Assembly (NCBI GenBank): GCA_965116495.1
Contig: OZ220696.1
Location: 2,112,001 to 2,176,000, forward strand
Length of the DNA: 64,000 nucleotides
DNA from: Gammaproteobacteria bacterium
GTDB lineage: Bacteria > Pseudomonadota > Gammaproteobacteria > Eutrophobiales > Eutrophobiaceae
Reading direction: 5' to 3'
In this document: piece by piece, positions 40,933 to 51,726 of the stretch
Layout of the letters: the number at the start of each line of letters is the position of its first letter
How positions within the stretch are numbered: the stretch's first letter is position 1
The notes under the pieces: model-generated
What the model was told of the DNA's origin: nothing
Seen by the model: the letters and a program-made list of their open reading frames with translations, nothing else
The model's database searches: none
Translations under genes and position numbers: made by a program

Positions 40933-42555
40933 TTATTCCGTATAGCGGGAGGTGATCGGATAACGCCGGTCGCGGCCGAAGGCGCGCTCGGTTATCCTGA
41001 CGCCAGGGGCGGCCTGGCGGCGCTTGTATTCGTTCCTGTCCACCATCCTGACCACCTTGTAGACCGTATCCCGGTCATAACCGTCAGTGATGATCTCAGC
41101 CGGTGTGCGGTCCAGTTCGATGTATTTCTCCAGTATCTGGTCGAGCACGTCGTAGCTGGGCAGGGAATCTTCGTCTTTCTGGTCAAACCGCAACTCCGCG
41201 GTGGGCGGGCGGTCGATGATCCGCTGCGGGATGATCTCCCCGTTCCGGTTGCGCCAGCGGGACAGCTCGTACACCAGTATCTTCGGCACGTCCTTGAGTG
41301 GGGCGAACCCGCCTGCCATGTCTCCGTACAGGGTTGCATAGCCCACCGCCATCTCGCTTTTGTTGCCGGTGGTCAATACCAGTTTCCCGGTCTTGTTGGA
41401 TACAGCCATGAGCAACAGGCCGCGGCAGCGGGCCTGGATGTTTTCTTCCGTTGTGTCTTCGGGGAGATCCTCGAATATCGGCGCGAGGATTTCCGTGAAG
41501 GCCGAGAACGGTTTCTCGATGCCGACGATATGGCAGGATACGCCCAGCCTGTCGGCCATTTCCTGTGCGTCTTCGATACTCATGTCCGCAGTATAGCGGG
41601 ACGGCATAAGCAGCACTTCGACGTTTTCCGGGCCGAGCGCATCCGCGGCGATGGCTAGGGTCAGCGCCGAGTCGATGCCGCCCGATAAACCGATTACCGC
41701 GCCCTTGAAACCGTTTTTCGACACGTAATCCTTAACGCCCAGCACCAATGCCCGGTAGACGCTCTCGGTTAAAGCCGGGGGCGGATGTTGCCCTGATTTG
41801 GATTCCAGGGTGATATTGCCTGCCGCCGCCCGTTTCACTTCCACCAGGAACAGACCCTGTTCAAACTGCGGGGCCTTGAAAATGAATTCACCACGACTGT
41901 CGATCACCAGGGAACCACCGTCGAATACCAGTTCATCCTGGCCGCCGACCAGGTTGACGTAGATGATCGCGATCCGGTGCTCGACTGCGCGCCGCCTCAG
42001 CAATTCTTCCCTGACGGCGGCTTTGTCAGTGTGGTACGGAGAAGCGTTGATATTGATCACCAGTTCTGCCCCCGCGCCGGCAGCTTCACCGGCGTGGTCA
42101 TCGGTCCACAGGTCCTCGCACACGCTCAATGCGACCTTGAAACCGGGGGTTTCAACCAGGTTGAGTTCTTCACCCTCGGTAAAATAACGCTTTTCGTCAA
42201 AGACACCGTAATTGGGCAGGTTTCTTTTATGGTAGGTTGTGACGACGCGGCAGTCCCTGATGAGGCCGCAGGCATTATACAGGCGCGTTCCTTTTTCCTG
42301 GGGATAGCCGAGAATAACGCTGATGCCCTGCGACCCGCGCATAACCCGTTGCAAGGCCTGCTCCACCTGGACATGTAAATGGGGACGCAATAACAGGTCT
42401 TCCGGCGGGTAGCCGGTCAGCGCCAGTTCGGGGAATATGATGGTATCCGCACCGGCACTGTCCCTGGCCCTGGAAATATATTCCAGAACCAGCTCCGTAT
42501 TCCCGTCTATATCACCGACACATAAATCAACCTGTGCAATAGCGACCTTGTTCAC
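40933..42555 (-). CDS. nadE: Glutamine-dependent NAD+ synthetase
   Basis: Nitrilase domain ([22 protein letters not shown]) plus [18 protein letters not shown]. Confidence 0.97.
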   Translation of the reverse strand: MNKVAIAQVDLCVGDIDGNTELVLEYISRARDSAGADTIIFPELALTGYPPEDLLLRPHLHVQVEQALQRVMRGSQGISVILGYPQEKGTRLYNACGLIRDCRVVTTYHKRNLPNYGVFDEKRYFTEGEELNLVETPGFKVALSVCEDLWTDDHAGEAAGAGAELVININASPYHTDKAAVREELLRRRAVEHRIAIIYVNLVGGQDELVFDGGSLVIDSRGEFIFKAPQFEQGLFLVEVKRAAAGNITLESKSGQHPPPALTESVYRALVLGVKDYVSKNGFKGAVIGLSGGIDSALTLAIAADALGPENVEVLLMPSRYTADMSIEDAQEMADRLGVSCHIVGIEKPFSAFTEILAPIFEDLPEDTTEENIQARCRGLLLMAVSNKTGKLVLTTGNKSEMAVGYATLYGDMAGGFAPLKDVPKILVYELSRWRNRNGEIIPQRIIDRPPTAELRFDQKDEDSLPSYDVLDQILEKYIELDRTPAEIITDGYDRDTVYKVVRMVDRNEYKRRQAAPGVRITERAFGRDRRYPITSRYTE

Positions 42556-43424
42556 TTTAATTGCGCCGCAACAGCCTCACCCAGTTCGGCGGGCGACCTG
42601 ACGGTCGTAACGCCGGCGGCATCAAGGGCGCGGTACTTGTCATCTGCGCTTCCCTTGCCGCCTGAGATGATCGCACCGGCATGTCCCATACGCCTTCCGG
42701 GCGGCGCAGTCACGCCGGCAATATAACCTACTACGGGTTTATCGACATGGTGTCCGATAAATTCGGCTGCCGCTTCTTCGGCGCTGCCGCCAATCTCGCC
42801 AACCATGATGATGCCGGTAGTGGCCGGATCCTGTTGAAACAGTTCCAGGCAGTCAATGAAATTCATACCGTGAACCGGGTCGCCGCCGATGCCGATACAG
42901 GTACTCTGGCCAAGCCCGGCCAGTGTGGTCTGGTGTACCGCCTCGTAGGTTAACGTGCCCGAGCGGGAAACGATACCGATACAACCCGGTTTGTGTATAT
43001 GTCCGGGCATGATGCCTATCTTGCATTCACCCGGCGTGATGATGCCGGGGCAGTTCGGGCCGATCAACCTTACGCCAGGAAATAAATCGATGCTGGCCCG
43101 GGCCCTGACCATGTCGATAATCGGGATCCCTTCGGTGATGCAGACTATCGTCCTGATCCCGGCTTCCGCCGCCTCGGTAATTGCCTGTGCCGCATACGCG
43201 GCCGGGACCATAATCATACTGGCGTCCGCCGAGGTTTCCGTGACCGCTTCCTTGGCGGTGTCGAACACGGGCCGGTCCAGGTGAGTCAGACCCCCGCGTC
43301 CCGGGGTTACGCCGCCGACTACCTGCGTCCCGTATTCGAGTGCCTGTTCGGCATGGAAAGTACCCTGGCGGCCGGTAAACCCCTGGACGATGACCTTCGT
43401 ATTCCTGTCAACCAGCACAGCCAT
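42552..43424 (-). CDS. sucD: Succinyl-CoA synthetase alpha subunit
   Basis: [27 protein letters not shown]. Confidence 0.99.
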   Translation of the reverse strand: MAVLVDRNTKVIVQGFTGRQGTFHAEQALEYGTQVVGGVTPGRGGLTHLDRPVFDTAKEAVTETSADASMIMVPAAYAAQAITEAAEAGIRTIVCITEGIPIIDMVRARASIDLFPGVRLIGPNCPGIITPGECKIGIMPGHIHKPGCIGIVSRSGTLTYEAVHQTTLAGLGQSTCIGIGGDPVHGMNFIDCLELFQQDPATTGIIMVGEIGGSAEEAAAEFIGHHVDKPVVGYIAGVTAPPGRRMGHAGAIISGGKGSADDKYRALDAAGVTTVRSPAELGEAVAAQLK

Positions 43425-44593
43425 CAGTTTTCTCCCCGGCTCATCGCCACAACCTTGTCTGCAGCATCACTCAGGCCATCAGCCGATGTAATCTTCAGGC
43501 CGCTTTCATTGAGCAGCAACTTTCCTTCTTCCACCCGGGTGCCTTCCAGCCTGACCACGACCGGAATATCCAGCCCCACTTCCCTGACCGCGTTGATGAT
43601 ACCCTCTGCAATCAGGTCGCAACGGACTATGCCGCCGAATATATTGACCAGGATAGCCTTTACTTTCGCGTCCGAGGTAATCAGCTTAAAGGCTTCGGTA
43701 ACACGTTCCGTGGTCGCCCCGCCACCCACGTCCAGAAAATTGGCGGGATCACCGCCATGCAACTTGATGATATCCATGGTTGCCATGGCCAGGCCGGCGC
43801 CGTTCACCATGCAGGCGATATCGCCATCCAGCGCGACATAATTCAGGTCGAACACCTTGGCCTTGTTCTCTTTCTCATCTTCCTGGCTGGGGTCGCGCCA
43901 ACTTTCGAGTTCCGCCTGCCGATATATGGCATTGTCATCCACGGCGACCTTGGCATCCAGGGCTTCCAGATCTCCTTCTTTGGTGATGACGAGAGGGTTT
44001 ATTTCAATCAGGCTGAGGTCCTTGTCGACAAATAGCCGGTACAGGCCCGACAAGATATTTGCCAGTTGTTTGCCCTGATTACCGTTCAGTCCCAGTGACA
44101 TACCCAGGGCCCGGCACTGATAATCCTGTAGTCCCATCACCGGGTCAATGGCGAACGTGAAGATCTTCTCCGGTTGTGTCGCTGCAACTTCCTCGATATC
44201 CACTCCCCCGGCGGCGGAGGCCATCACTGAAATCCGGCGTTTGCTCCTGTCGACCAGTAGTCCCAGGTACAGTTCGGAAGCGATATCCGACAGCGCCGAG
44301 ACCAGCACACAATTCACCGGTTTACCTTCGGCCCCGGATTGTTTCGTAACCAGGTTTGTACCCAGCAGACCTTTAACATATTCTTCCAGTTCCTTTCTAC
44401 CGGTTACCAGTTTTACGCCACCCGCTTTACCGCGCCCCCCGGCGTGGACCTGGGCTTTCACCACCCAACTGTTACCGCCCAGTTCGGCGGCGATTCCGAG
44501 CGCGTCCCCTACGGATTGGGCGGCATCTCCCTTCGGTACGGGAATGCCGTATTCAGAAAAAAGCATTTTTGCCTGGTATTCGTGCAGGTTCAT
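43424..44593 (-). CDS. sucC: Succinyl-CoA synthetase beta subunit
   Basis: [41 protein letters not shown]. Confidence 0.99.
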   Translation of the reverse strand: MNLHEYQAKMLFSEYGIPVPKGDAAQSVGDALGIAAELGGNSWVVKAQVHAGGRGKAGGVKLVTGRKELEEYVKGLLGTNLVTKQSGAEGKPVNCVLVSALSDIASELYLGLLVDRSKRRISVMASAAGGVDIEEVAATQPEKIFTFAIDPVMGLQDYQCRALGMSLGLNGNQGKQLANILSGLYRLFVDKDLSLIEINPLVITKEGDLEALDAKVAVDDNAIYRQAELESWRDPSQEDEKENKAKVFDLNYVALDGDIACMVNGAGLAMATMDIIKLHGGDPANFLDVGGGATTERVTEAFKLITSDAKVKAILVNIFGGIVRCDLIAEGIINAVREVGLDIPVVVRLEGTRVEEGKLLLNESGLKITSADGLSDAADKVVAMSRGEN

Positions 44594-44737
44594 CTCCTAA
44601 ACTCTCTTTATTGTTCCTGTGCAGACAATGCAGTATGGATTCCCGATGGCTGATGCATCAAATATTTTACTGCAATCCATGCGCCGGCGTGTTACAAGAA
44701 AATAGTCGGGAACGCGGATTATACGTCTTTAGAAAAA

Positions 44738-44962
44738 GTGTTACGCCTGTTAATAATAATTGCATTACTGGTTTTGCTGTTCGCCTTGCTCAAGCGGTTT
44801 TTCCCGGGGGATAAACCAGAGGGAGACGAAAACCGCATCGCGAAAATGGTCCAATGCGATTACTGTCGGTTATACATCCCGCACACCTCCGCAATAAAGC
44901 ACGCTACGCGCTATTATTGCTGTGATGAGCACAAAGAGTCGGCAGCAGACAACACATCGTGA
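44738..44962 (+). CDS. PP0621 family small membrane Zn-finger protein
   Basis: N-terminal TM plus MVQCDYCRLYIP...YYCCDEH. Confidence 0.82.
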   Translation: MLRLLIIIALLVLLFALLKRFFPGDKPEGDENRIAKMVQCDYCRLYIPHTSAIKHATRYYCCDEHKESAADNTS

Positions 44963-45016
44963 GCGGCGACCGCGCTGTCGAACAGTTTATCACCTGTTAA
45001 GGATAACTGTATAACA

Positions 45017-45155
45017 ATCCGCAGATTACGCAGATTTCCGCAGATTAATAATTCTTGTTTATGAGATTCAGAGGCACATGGCATTGAAATGGCGTCATAT
45101 TTACACATTTTATCATCTTATTTTTTATCGGCGAAAATCTGCGTAATCTGCGGAT
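45017..45155. repeat. Inverted arrays of CGCAGATT units
   Basis: ATCCGCAGATTACGCAGATTTCCGCAGATT (45017-45046) versus ATCGGCGAAAATCTGCGTAATCTGCGGAT (45127-45155); half copy at 40906-40932. Confidence 0.82.
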
Positions 45156-45162
45156 AAATTTC

Positions 45163-45942
45163 TCACCCAACAGCGCGGATTACTTCCAGCAAGCGGTCAT
45201 GGACGGCGAGATTCCCTGCCACGACGTTGCCGCTATCCGTCCAGGGACTGCCGCTGTCCATGTCACTTATAAATCCACCGGCCTCACGGATCAGCAAAGC
45301 ACCGGCGGCAATGTCCCATTGTTCCAACCCGTATTCCCAGAACCCGTCCAGACGGCCGCTGGCGACGTAGGCCAGGTCCAGCGAGGCTGCTCCCGGTCGT
45401 CTTATACCGGCGGTGACGGCAGTCAGTTCCCTGAATATCCCGATATAGCTATCGAGCCGGTCCAATGACCGAAAGGGAAAACCGGTGCCGATCAGTGCGC
45501 CCTCGAGTGAATTCGACCGGGCAACACGGATACGCCGGCCATCCAGGTGGGCGCCGTCGCCCCTGCTGGCGGTAAACAATTCCTGGCGTAACGGATCATA
45601 AACGATACCCTGGTCCAGGATGCCCTTGTGTTTTAATGCAACGGAGACTGCAAACTGCGGAAATCCATGCAGGAAATTAGTCGTGCCGTCGAGCGGATCT
45701 ATAATCCACTGGTAATCGTCACCCTCCTGCGCACCGCTTTCCTCGGCCAGAATGGCATGGTCCGGATAGGCCTTGCGCAGGATGTCGATAATGATCAACT
45801 CAGCGCGCCTGTCGACTTCACTGACAAAGTCGTTACGGCTTTTTTCCGTGACCTCGATACCCTGCAACTGGTCCATGCAACGGGTGATAAAATCACCAGC
45901 GGAACGGACTGCGCGGATTCCTATATTCAGCATAGGGTGCAT
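45163..45942 (-). CDS. suhB: Inositol monophosphatase / Nus factor SuhB
   Basis: MHPMLNI, WIIDPLDGTTNF, RRPGAASLDL, WDIAAG; divergent from trmJ. Confidence 0.96.
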   Translation of the reverse strand: MHPMLNIGIRAVRSAGDFITRCMDQLQGIEVTEKSRNDFVSEVDRRAELIIIDILRKAYPDHAILAEESGAQEGDDYQWIIDPLDGTTNFLHGFPQFAVSVALKHKGILDQGIVYDPLRQELFTASRGDGAHLDGRRIRVARSNSLEGALIGTGFPFRSLDRLDSYIGIFRELTAVTAGIRRPGAASLDLAYVASGRLDGFWEYGLEQWDIAAGALLIREAGGFISDMDSGSPWTDSGNVVAGNLAVHDRLLEVIRAVG

Positions 45943-45969
45943 TTTTTTCTCCAGCGGATGTGATAAATC

Positions 45970-46211
45970 AATTACGAATTAGGAATTAGGAATTACGAAT
46001 TAGGAATTAGGAATTAAATGTTCAGGTGCCACCACATTCTTAATTCTTGATTTTTATTTCCTGAATTACTTCGCCCACCGGCAATATTGTAAACCAGTTA
46101 CAATATGAGAATTAAGATTTAAGAATTAATCGTATATGTGACCCCTATTCCTAATTCCTAATTCGTAATTTGTAATTCCTAATTCGTAATTCCTAATTCG
46201 TAATTTGTAAT
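45970..46211. repeat. Inverted heptamer tandem arrays (AATTAGG/AATTACG)
   Basis: Six to seven units at 45970-46018 and about nine reverse-complement units at 46147-46211; more at 46953-46974 and 47301-47334. Confidence 0.9.
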
Positions 46212-46236
46212 CCCTACTCCCTAATTGAATTCAATC

Positions 46237-46965
46237 ATGTTGGAAAACGTAAAGATTGTCCTGGTAAATACGACACACCCGGGAAATATCGGCGCTGCGG
46301 CCCGGGCAATGAAAACCATGGGCATGGAACAACTGGCGCTGGTGTCCCCCGGGAATTTTCCCAGTGCGGAGTGCTCCGCCAGGGCCGCCGGCGCGGATGA
46401 TATTCTTGCCGGCAGCCAGGTATTTTCAGGTCTTGAAGAAGCGGTTGCAGACTGCGAACTGGTTTTCGGGACAAGCGCGCGCGCAAGGAGCATTGCCTGG
46501 CCGGAGGTCACGCCTGAAGCCGCAGCAACGCAGATCATCAGCCGCGTAAATATCTCAACCGGCATGGCTGTCGTTTTCGGGCGGGAAAGTTCCGGCCTGT
46601 CCAATGCAGATCTGGAACTGTGCCATGCCATGATCCGCATACCCACCAATGCGGATTTTTCTTCCCTGAATATTGCCTCGGCGGCACAGATAATCTGCTA
46701 TGAGATCAGCAAGCAGTATCTTGCCCGGGAGGAATCAGGAGTTGAGCCGGATAATCCGGAATCCCCGGTCACAGTCGAACAGATGGAATACCTGTACCAG
46801 CATTTCCAGGAAATGCTGACCGACATCGGTTATCTCGACCCGGAGAAACCGCGCCACCTGATGCGCCGCATCAAACGCCTGTTCAACCGCGCCCGCCTGG
46901 ACGCCAATGAATATAATATCCTGCGCGGCATCCTGACGGCGGTGCAAAAATCAATTAAGAATTAA
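46237..46965 (+). CDS. trmJ: tRNA Cm32/Um32 methyltransferase TrmJ
   Basis: HPGNIGAAARAMKTMG, VFGRESSGL, SSLNIA, NILRGIL. Confidence 0.95.
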   Translation: MLENVKIVLVNTTHPGNIGAAARAMKTMGMEQLALVSPGNFPSAECSARAAGADDILAGSQVFSGLEEAVADCELVFGTSARARSIAWPEVTPEAAATQIISRVNISTGMAVVFGRESSGLSNADLELCHAMIRIPTNADFSSLNIASAAQIICYEISKQYLAREESGVEPDNPESPVTVEQMEYLYQHFQEMLTDIGYLDPEKPRHLMRRIKRLFNRARLDANEYNILRGILTAVQKSIKN

Positions 46966-46975
46966 GAATTAGAAA

Positions 46976-47244
46976 CTAGTACCCTTTCCAGTTAATATTG
47001 ACGTGTTCAGAGCTACACAGCAACGCCAAGACAAGGCGCAGCCCGCAGAGAATGGCGCGCCCTTGTCAAGGGCTGCAACGCCGTATTGGCGTTGCTGTGT
47101 AGCTCCCTGCGGGCGGGCCGGGAAGCGGTCGCCCGCGGCGTTACGCCGCTTGGCAAGGACGCGCCATTCCCGGCGCGGCGTGCCTTGCGCTCAACCGCTT
47201 CCCGACCCGCTGAACATGTCAATATTAACTGGAAAGGGTACTAG
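46976..47244. mobile_element. MITE with ~35-bp terminal inverted repeats bounded by CTAG
   Basis: CTAGTACCCTTTCCAGTTAATATTGACGTGTTCAG ... CTGAACATGTCAATATTAACTGGAAAGGGTACTAG (1 mismatch); GC-rich self-complementary interior; no transposase. Confidence 0.85.
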
Positions 47245-47391
47245 GAATGAATGTGCCGCCTGCGGCGGCTGTTCATCAGTGAATACTCCAACTACCATCC
47301 AATTCTTAATTCCTAATTCCTAATTCCTAATTCCAGCTTGCCAGAGTTTCCCAAGAGATTAAAATAACAAAAACTCCAAGGAGACCCTGAT

Positions 47392-48846
47392 ATGTCAAAC
47401 ATGGGCATACGAGATGCCAGACGGCCTCCGGCCGATTCGCTGTTGCAGGAAATTGCCGATTATGTCTTGAATGGCGAGGCGGCAAGCGAGGCGGCGCGCA
47501 GTACTGCGTTTTACTGCCTGCTGGATACCCTGGCCTGCGCTATGATGGCCCTGAAATTCCCGGCTTGCGCCAAGCTGCTGGGACCGGTGGTGCCCGGGGC
47601 CGAAATGGTGAACGGTACACGTGTACCCGGTACAAACTACCGGTTGGACCCGGTTCAGGCGGCATTCAATATCGGCGCCATGGTGCGCTGGCTGGATTTC
47701 AACGATACCTGGCTGGCAGCCGAATGGGGACATCCATCCGATAATCTCGGCGGCATTCTTGCGGTTGCCGATTACCTGAGCCTGGAAAATAACGCCGCGG
47801 GGAAACACCCGCTGACTGTCGCGGACGTTCTCGACGGCATGATCCGGGCCCATGAAATCCAGGGCGTACTCGCCCTGAAAAACAGCTTTAACGGTGTCGG
47901 CCTGGACCATGTCCTGCTGGTTCGCATCGCCAGCACAGCCGTGGTCACAAAAATGCTGGGAGGCAATCGGGAACAGGTCATCAATGCCGTTTCCAATGCC
48001 TGGATCGACGGCGGCGCGTTACGCACCTACCGTCATGCACCCAACACGGGTTCCAGGAAAAGCTGGGCGGCAGGCGATGCAACCAGCCGCGCGGTACGCC
48101 ATGCGCTGATTGCGCTGGCCGGTGAGATGGGTTATCCGTCGGCGCTGAGCGCCGAGCACTGGGGCTTTCAGGATGTGTTGTTCAAGGGAAACGAGGTGAT
48201 CATGGAACGTCCCTTGGGCTGTTACGTCATGGAAAACGTCCTGTTCAAGATCTCCTTTCCGGCAGAGTTTCATGCCCAGACCGCGGTTGAAGCGGCCATG
48301 TCACTGCACGAACAGGTGAAAGAGCGCCTGGAGGAAATAGAAAAAGTGAGCGTGGAAACACAGGAAGCCGGGGCGCGCATTATCGATAAATCCGGCCCCC
48401 TGGATAATCCGGCCGACCGCGATCACTGCATTCAATACATGACGGCAATACCCTTGATCTTCGGCCGGCTGGTCGCAGAGGATTACGAGGATGACGTTGC
48501 TGCGGACCCGCGTATCGATACACTCAGGGGCAGGATGGAGGTAACGGAAAACAAGCGGTTCACCATCGACTATCATGACCCGGATAAACGCGCTATCGGT
48601 AATTCGGTACAGGTTTTTTTCCGTGACGGGTCCAGTACGGATAAAGTCAGCGTCGATTATCCGGTCGGCCATCGGCGCCGGCGCAGTGAAGGCATTCCTC
48701 TGCTGCTGGATAAATTCAACCGTGCCGTCGCCGGGCACTTCTCCCAGGACCGGAAACAGGCCATCCTCGCGGCCTGCGCCGACCGGCCCGTGCTTGAAGC
48801 CATGCCGGTGAATGTCTTCATGGACCTGTGGGCGGGTACCGGATAA
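47392..48846 (+). CDS. prpD: 2-methylcitrate dehydratase
   Basis: [51 protein letters not shown]. Confidence 0.96.
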   Translation: MSNMGIRDARRPPADSLLQEIADYVLNGEAASEAARSTAFYCLLDTLACAMMALKFPACAKLLGPVVPGAEMVNGTRVPGTNYRLDPVQAAFNIGAMVRWLDFNDTWLAAEWGHPSDNLGGILAVADYLSLENNAAGKHPLTVADVLDGMIRAHEIQGVLALKNSFNGVGLDHVLLVRIASTAVVTKMLGGNREQVINAVSNAWIDGGALRTYRHAPNTGSRKSWAAGDATSRAVRHALIALAGEMGYPSALSAEHWGFQDVLFKGNEVIMERPLGCYVMENVLFKISFPAEFHAQTAVEAAMSLHEQVKERLEEIEKVSVETQEAGARIIDKSGPLDNPADRDHCIQYMTAIPLIFGRLVAEDYEDDVAADPRIDTLRGRMEVTENKRFTIDYHDPDKRAIGNSVQVFFRDGSSTDKVSVDYPVGHRRRRSEGIPLLLDKFNRAVAGHFSQDRKQAILAACADRPVLEAMPVNVFMDLWAGTG

Positions 48847-48886
48847 GCATGGCAGGCATGTTCCTCATTGCAAGGAATGTTTGCTC

Positions 48887-48910
48887 ACTGGATTCCCGCG
48901 TGCGCGGGAA
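48887..48910. repeat. Truncated CGTC-type REP
   Basis: ACTGGATTCCCGCGTGCGCGGGAA, nearly identical to 30498-30521. Confidence 0.7.
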
Positions 48911-48925
48911 CAAGGCTGAAACGAC

Positions 48926-51589
48926 ATGACCGGCAGGCAGGACAGCATAAAACGCACCTATTATTTCGGCGGCCAGTTATCCGAGGGTAGCCGCAGTGAC
49001 GTGAATTTACTCGGCGGCAAGGGTGCCAACCTGGCTGAGATGACCAGCATCGGTCTGCCTGTCCCACCGGGGTTCACCATTACCACCACCACGTGCGCCG
49101 AGTATTACCAGAGTGGCGGCAAACTCCCGAAGGGACTGCAGAGCAGTATCCGGTTGAACATGACCCGCCTTGAGAAGGAGACTGGAAAGCGGTTCGGTGA
49201 CGACGATAACCCGTTACTGGTCTCCGTCAGGAGCGGCGCAGCCGTGAGTATGCCGGGCATGCTGGATACGATCCTGAACCTGGGCCTGACAGATCGCTCC
49301 GTTATCGGACTTGGGCGGCAAACGGGCAACAGGCGCTTCGCGCTGGATGCCTACCGGCGCCTGATCAATATGTTCGGCAACGTAGTCATGGGTATCGAAC
49401 ATGACCATTTCGAAACCATTTTCACCCGGATCAAACAACAGTACGGGGTCAGTGAGGATGCCGACCTGAATGAAGACGGCCTGGAAAACCTTATCGGCGC
49501 CTATAAGAAGGCCTATAAGCAGCACAGCGGTGAAACATTTCCCCAGGCGCCCCATGAGCAACTCGAGAAGGCCGTTGAAGCCGTGTTTGAAAGCTGGAAC
49601 ACCCCCCGGGCGCAGGCTTATCGCAAGATCAACAACATCCGCGGACTGATCGGTACCGCGGCCAATATCCAGTCCATGGTATTCGGCAACATGGGCAACG
49701 ATTCAGGTACCGGCGTCGCCTTTACCCGGGATCCGACCACGGGGAAAAACCAGTTTTACGGGGAGTTCCTGATCAACGCCCAGGGAGAAGACGTGGTTGC
49801 AGGCATACGTACGCCGCAACCGGTGGCAAAGATGAAAAAGTGGCGCCCGGAGATCTATGAGCAACTGCTCAAGGTGAAACGTATCCTGGAAACCCATTAC
49901 AAGGATATGCAGGATATCGAATTCACCATCGAAAAAAGCGTGTTGTACATGTTACAGACGCGTACCGGGAAACGGACGGGCGCAGCGGCGATAAAAATTG
50001 CGGTGGATATGGTCAAGGAGACCCTGATAAACCAGAAGGACGCGCTGTTGCGAGTCCCCGCCAATGACCTGAACCAGGTGTTACTGCCCTCCTTCGACCA
50101 CAAGGCAAAGCGGAACGTACTGGCTACCGGCCTGCCGGCATCGCCCGGGGCCGCGTCGGGTTACCCTGTTTTCAGCGCCGATGAGGCGGTTAAACAGAGT
50201 GAAAACGGTCGCCCCGTCATTCTCGTCAGGCGGGAGACCAGCCCCGAGGATATTCACGGCATGCATGTCGCCGAGGCGATATTGACCTCCACAGGCGGCT
50301 CGACCAGTCATGCGGCGGTCGTGGCGCGGGGCTGGGGAAAGTGTTGCGTGACCGGCGCAAGCAACCTGATCATCGACGCCAAACGCAAAACCCTGACAAT
50401 CAGGAACAGGGTAATCACCCAGGAGGATATCATCAGCATAGACGGCAGCAATGGTGAAATTATGCTGGGCGACGTGGCCAAGCAGCCGCCTGTCTTCACA
50501 AATGAATTCAAGACGCTGATGGGCTGGGCCGACAGGACCCGGAAACTGGTGATACGCACCAACGCAGATACCCCTATGGATGCAGCCACGGCCCTGGAGT
50601 TCGGCGCCGAAGGTATCGGACTTTGCCGCACCGAACACATGTTCTTCGGCGACAATCGCATCGCCGCCATGCGTGAGATGATCCTCGCTGATAACGAGCC
50701 CGCGCGGCGCGCGGCGCTGAAGAAACTGTTGCCTTTCCAACGCCGGGATTTCGAGGGCATATTCAGCACCATGCGCGGCCTGCCGGTCACGATACGGTTG
50801 CTGGACCCGCCCCTGCACGAATTCCTCCCGGAGGAGGAAAAGTTGCAGCGTCAACTGGCCCGCACCATGAAGCTGAGTATCAGCAGGGTGAACCACCGGA
50901 TCAACCAGTTGCACGAAGTCAATCCCATGCTGGGCCACCGTGGTTGCCGTTTGACCGTGACCTACCCGGAGATCCTGGAAATGCAGGTAACTGCCATCAT
51001 CGAGGCGACCATCAACTGCAGGCGGAAACGCATCAATGCACAGCCGGAGATCATGATCCCGCTGGTGGGACTGGAGAGCGAACTGTCCATGCTGAGAGAT
51101 AAAGTGGAGCAGGTCATCAGTATGGTGAAACACAAGAAAAAGTTCACCGGCAAACTGGATATCCCCATCGGCACCATGATAGAAGTCCCAAGAGCCGCCA
51201 TCACCGCAGACGACATCGCCGTGCACGCCGACTTCTTCAGCTTCGGCACCAACGACCTGACCCAGATGACCCTGGGCTACAGCAGGGATGACATCGGCAG
51301 TTTCATGCCCGAATACCTGGCAAAAAACCTGCTGGAGGAGAATCCGTTCCAGACTATTGACGTGGCCGGTGTCGGCCAACTGGTCGAACAGGCCGTGCAC
51401 AGGGGCAGGTCGGTAAAACGGGAATTGAAATGCGGGATCTGCGGCGAGCACGGGGGCGATCCGGATTCAATCAATTTCTTCCAGTCGGTACAACTGGACT
51501 ATATTTCCTGCTCCCCGTTCCGCGTCCCCATCGCCCGCCTGGCCGCGGCCCAGGCAGCCCTCAGGAACCAGCTGGAACTGTTCAGTTAA
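48926..51589 (+). CDS. ppdK: Pyruvate, phosphate dikinase
   Basis: LGGKGANLAEM, VSVRSGA, TSHAAVVAR phospho-His, GLCRTEHMF, SFGTNDLTQ, GICGEHGG. Confidence 0.98.
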   Translation: MTGRQDSIKRTYYFGGQLSEGSRSDVNLLGGKGANLAEMTSIGLPVPPGFTITTTTCAEYYQSGGKLPKGLQSSIRLNMTRLEKETGKRFGDDDNPLLVSVRSGAAVSMPGMLDTILNLGLTDRSVIGLGRQTGNRRFALDAYRRLINMFGNVVMGIEHDHFETIFTRIKQQYGVSEDADLNEDGLENLIGAYKKAYKQHSGETFPQAPHEQLEKAVEAVFESWNTPRAQAYRKINNIRGLIGTAANIQSMVFGNMGNDSGTGVAFTRDPTTGKNQFYGEFLINAQGEDVVAGIRTPQPVAKMKKWRPEIYEQLLKVKRILETHYKDMQDIEFTIEKSVLYMLQTRTGKRTGAAAIKIAVDMVKETLINQKDALLRVPANDLNQVLLPSFDHKAKRNVLATGLPASPGAASGYPVFSADEAVKQSENGRPVILVRRETSPEDIHGMHVAEAILTSTGGSTSHAAVVARGWGKCCVTGASNLIIDAKRKTLTIRNRVITQEDIISIDGSNGEIMLGDVAKQPPVFTNEFKTLMGWADRTRKLVIRTNADTPMDAATALEFGAEGIGLCRTEHMFFGDNRIAAMREMILADNEPARRAALKKLLPFQRRDFEGIFSTMRGLPVTIRLLDPPLHEFLPEEEKLQRQLARTMKLSISRVNHRINQLHEVNPMLGHRGCRLTVTYPEILEMQVTAIIEATINCRRKRINAQPEIMIPLVGLESELSMLRDKVEQVISMVKHKKKFTGKLDIPIGTMIEVPRAAITADDIAVHADFFSFGTNDLTQMTLGYSRDDIGSFMPEYLAKNLLEENPFQTIDVAGVGQLVEQAVHRGRSVKRELKCGICGEHGGDPDSINFFQSVQLDYISCSPFRVPIARLAAAQAALRNQLELFS

Positions 51590-51659
51590 GCGGGTGATGG
51601 GAATCGAACCCACGTTCTCAGCTTGGGAAGCTGATGTTCTACCATTGAACTACACCCGC
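51589..51659 (-). tRNA. tRNA-Gly (anticodon CCC), CCA not encoded
   Basis: GCGGGTGTAGTTCAATGGTAGAACATCAGCTTCCCAAGCTGAGAACGTGGGTTCGATTCCCATCACCCGCT folds as a cloverleaf. Confidence 0.96.
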
Positions 51660-51726
51660 ATTGATCAATCATCATATCTTACAATGAGCCGCACTGGCAG
51701 GTAAAAGATTTTGTATAATAGCGCCC

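Noticed and set aside
45970-47334. Diversity-generating retroelement or retron
   Set aside because: No reverse transcriptase and no template/variable repeat pair.
50081-51451. 456-aa minus-strand ORF and similar long ORFs (4193-5305, 3149-4138, 8961-9998)
   Set aside because: Antisense shadows of well-conserved genes in GC-rich DNA.
47392-51659. Integrative element at tRNA-Gly
   Set aside because: No integrase and no duplicated tRNA 3' end seen; adjacent genes are metabolic.
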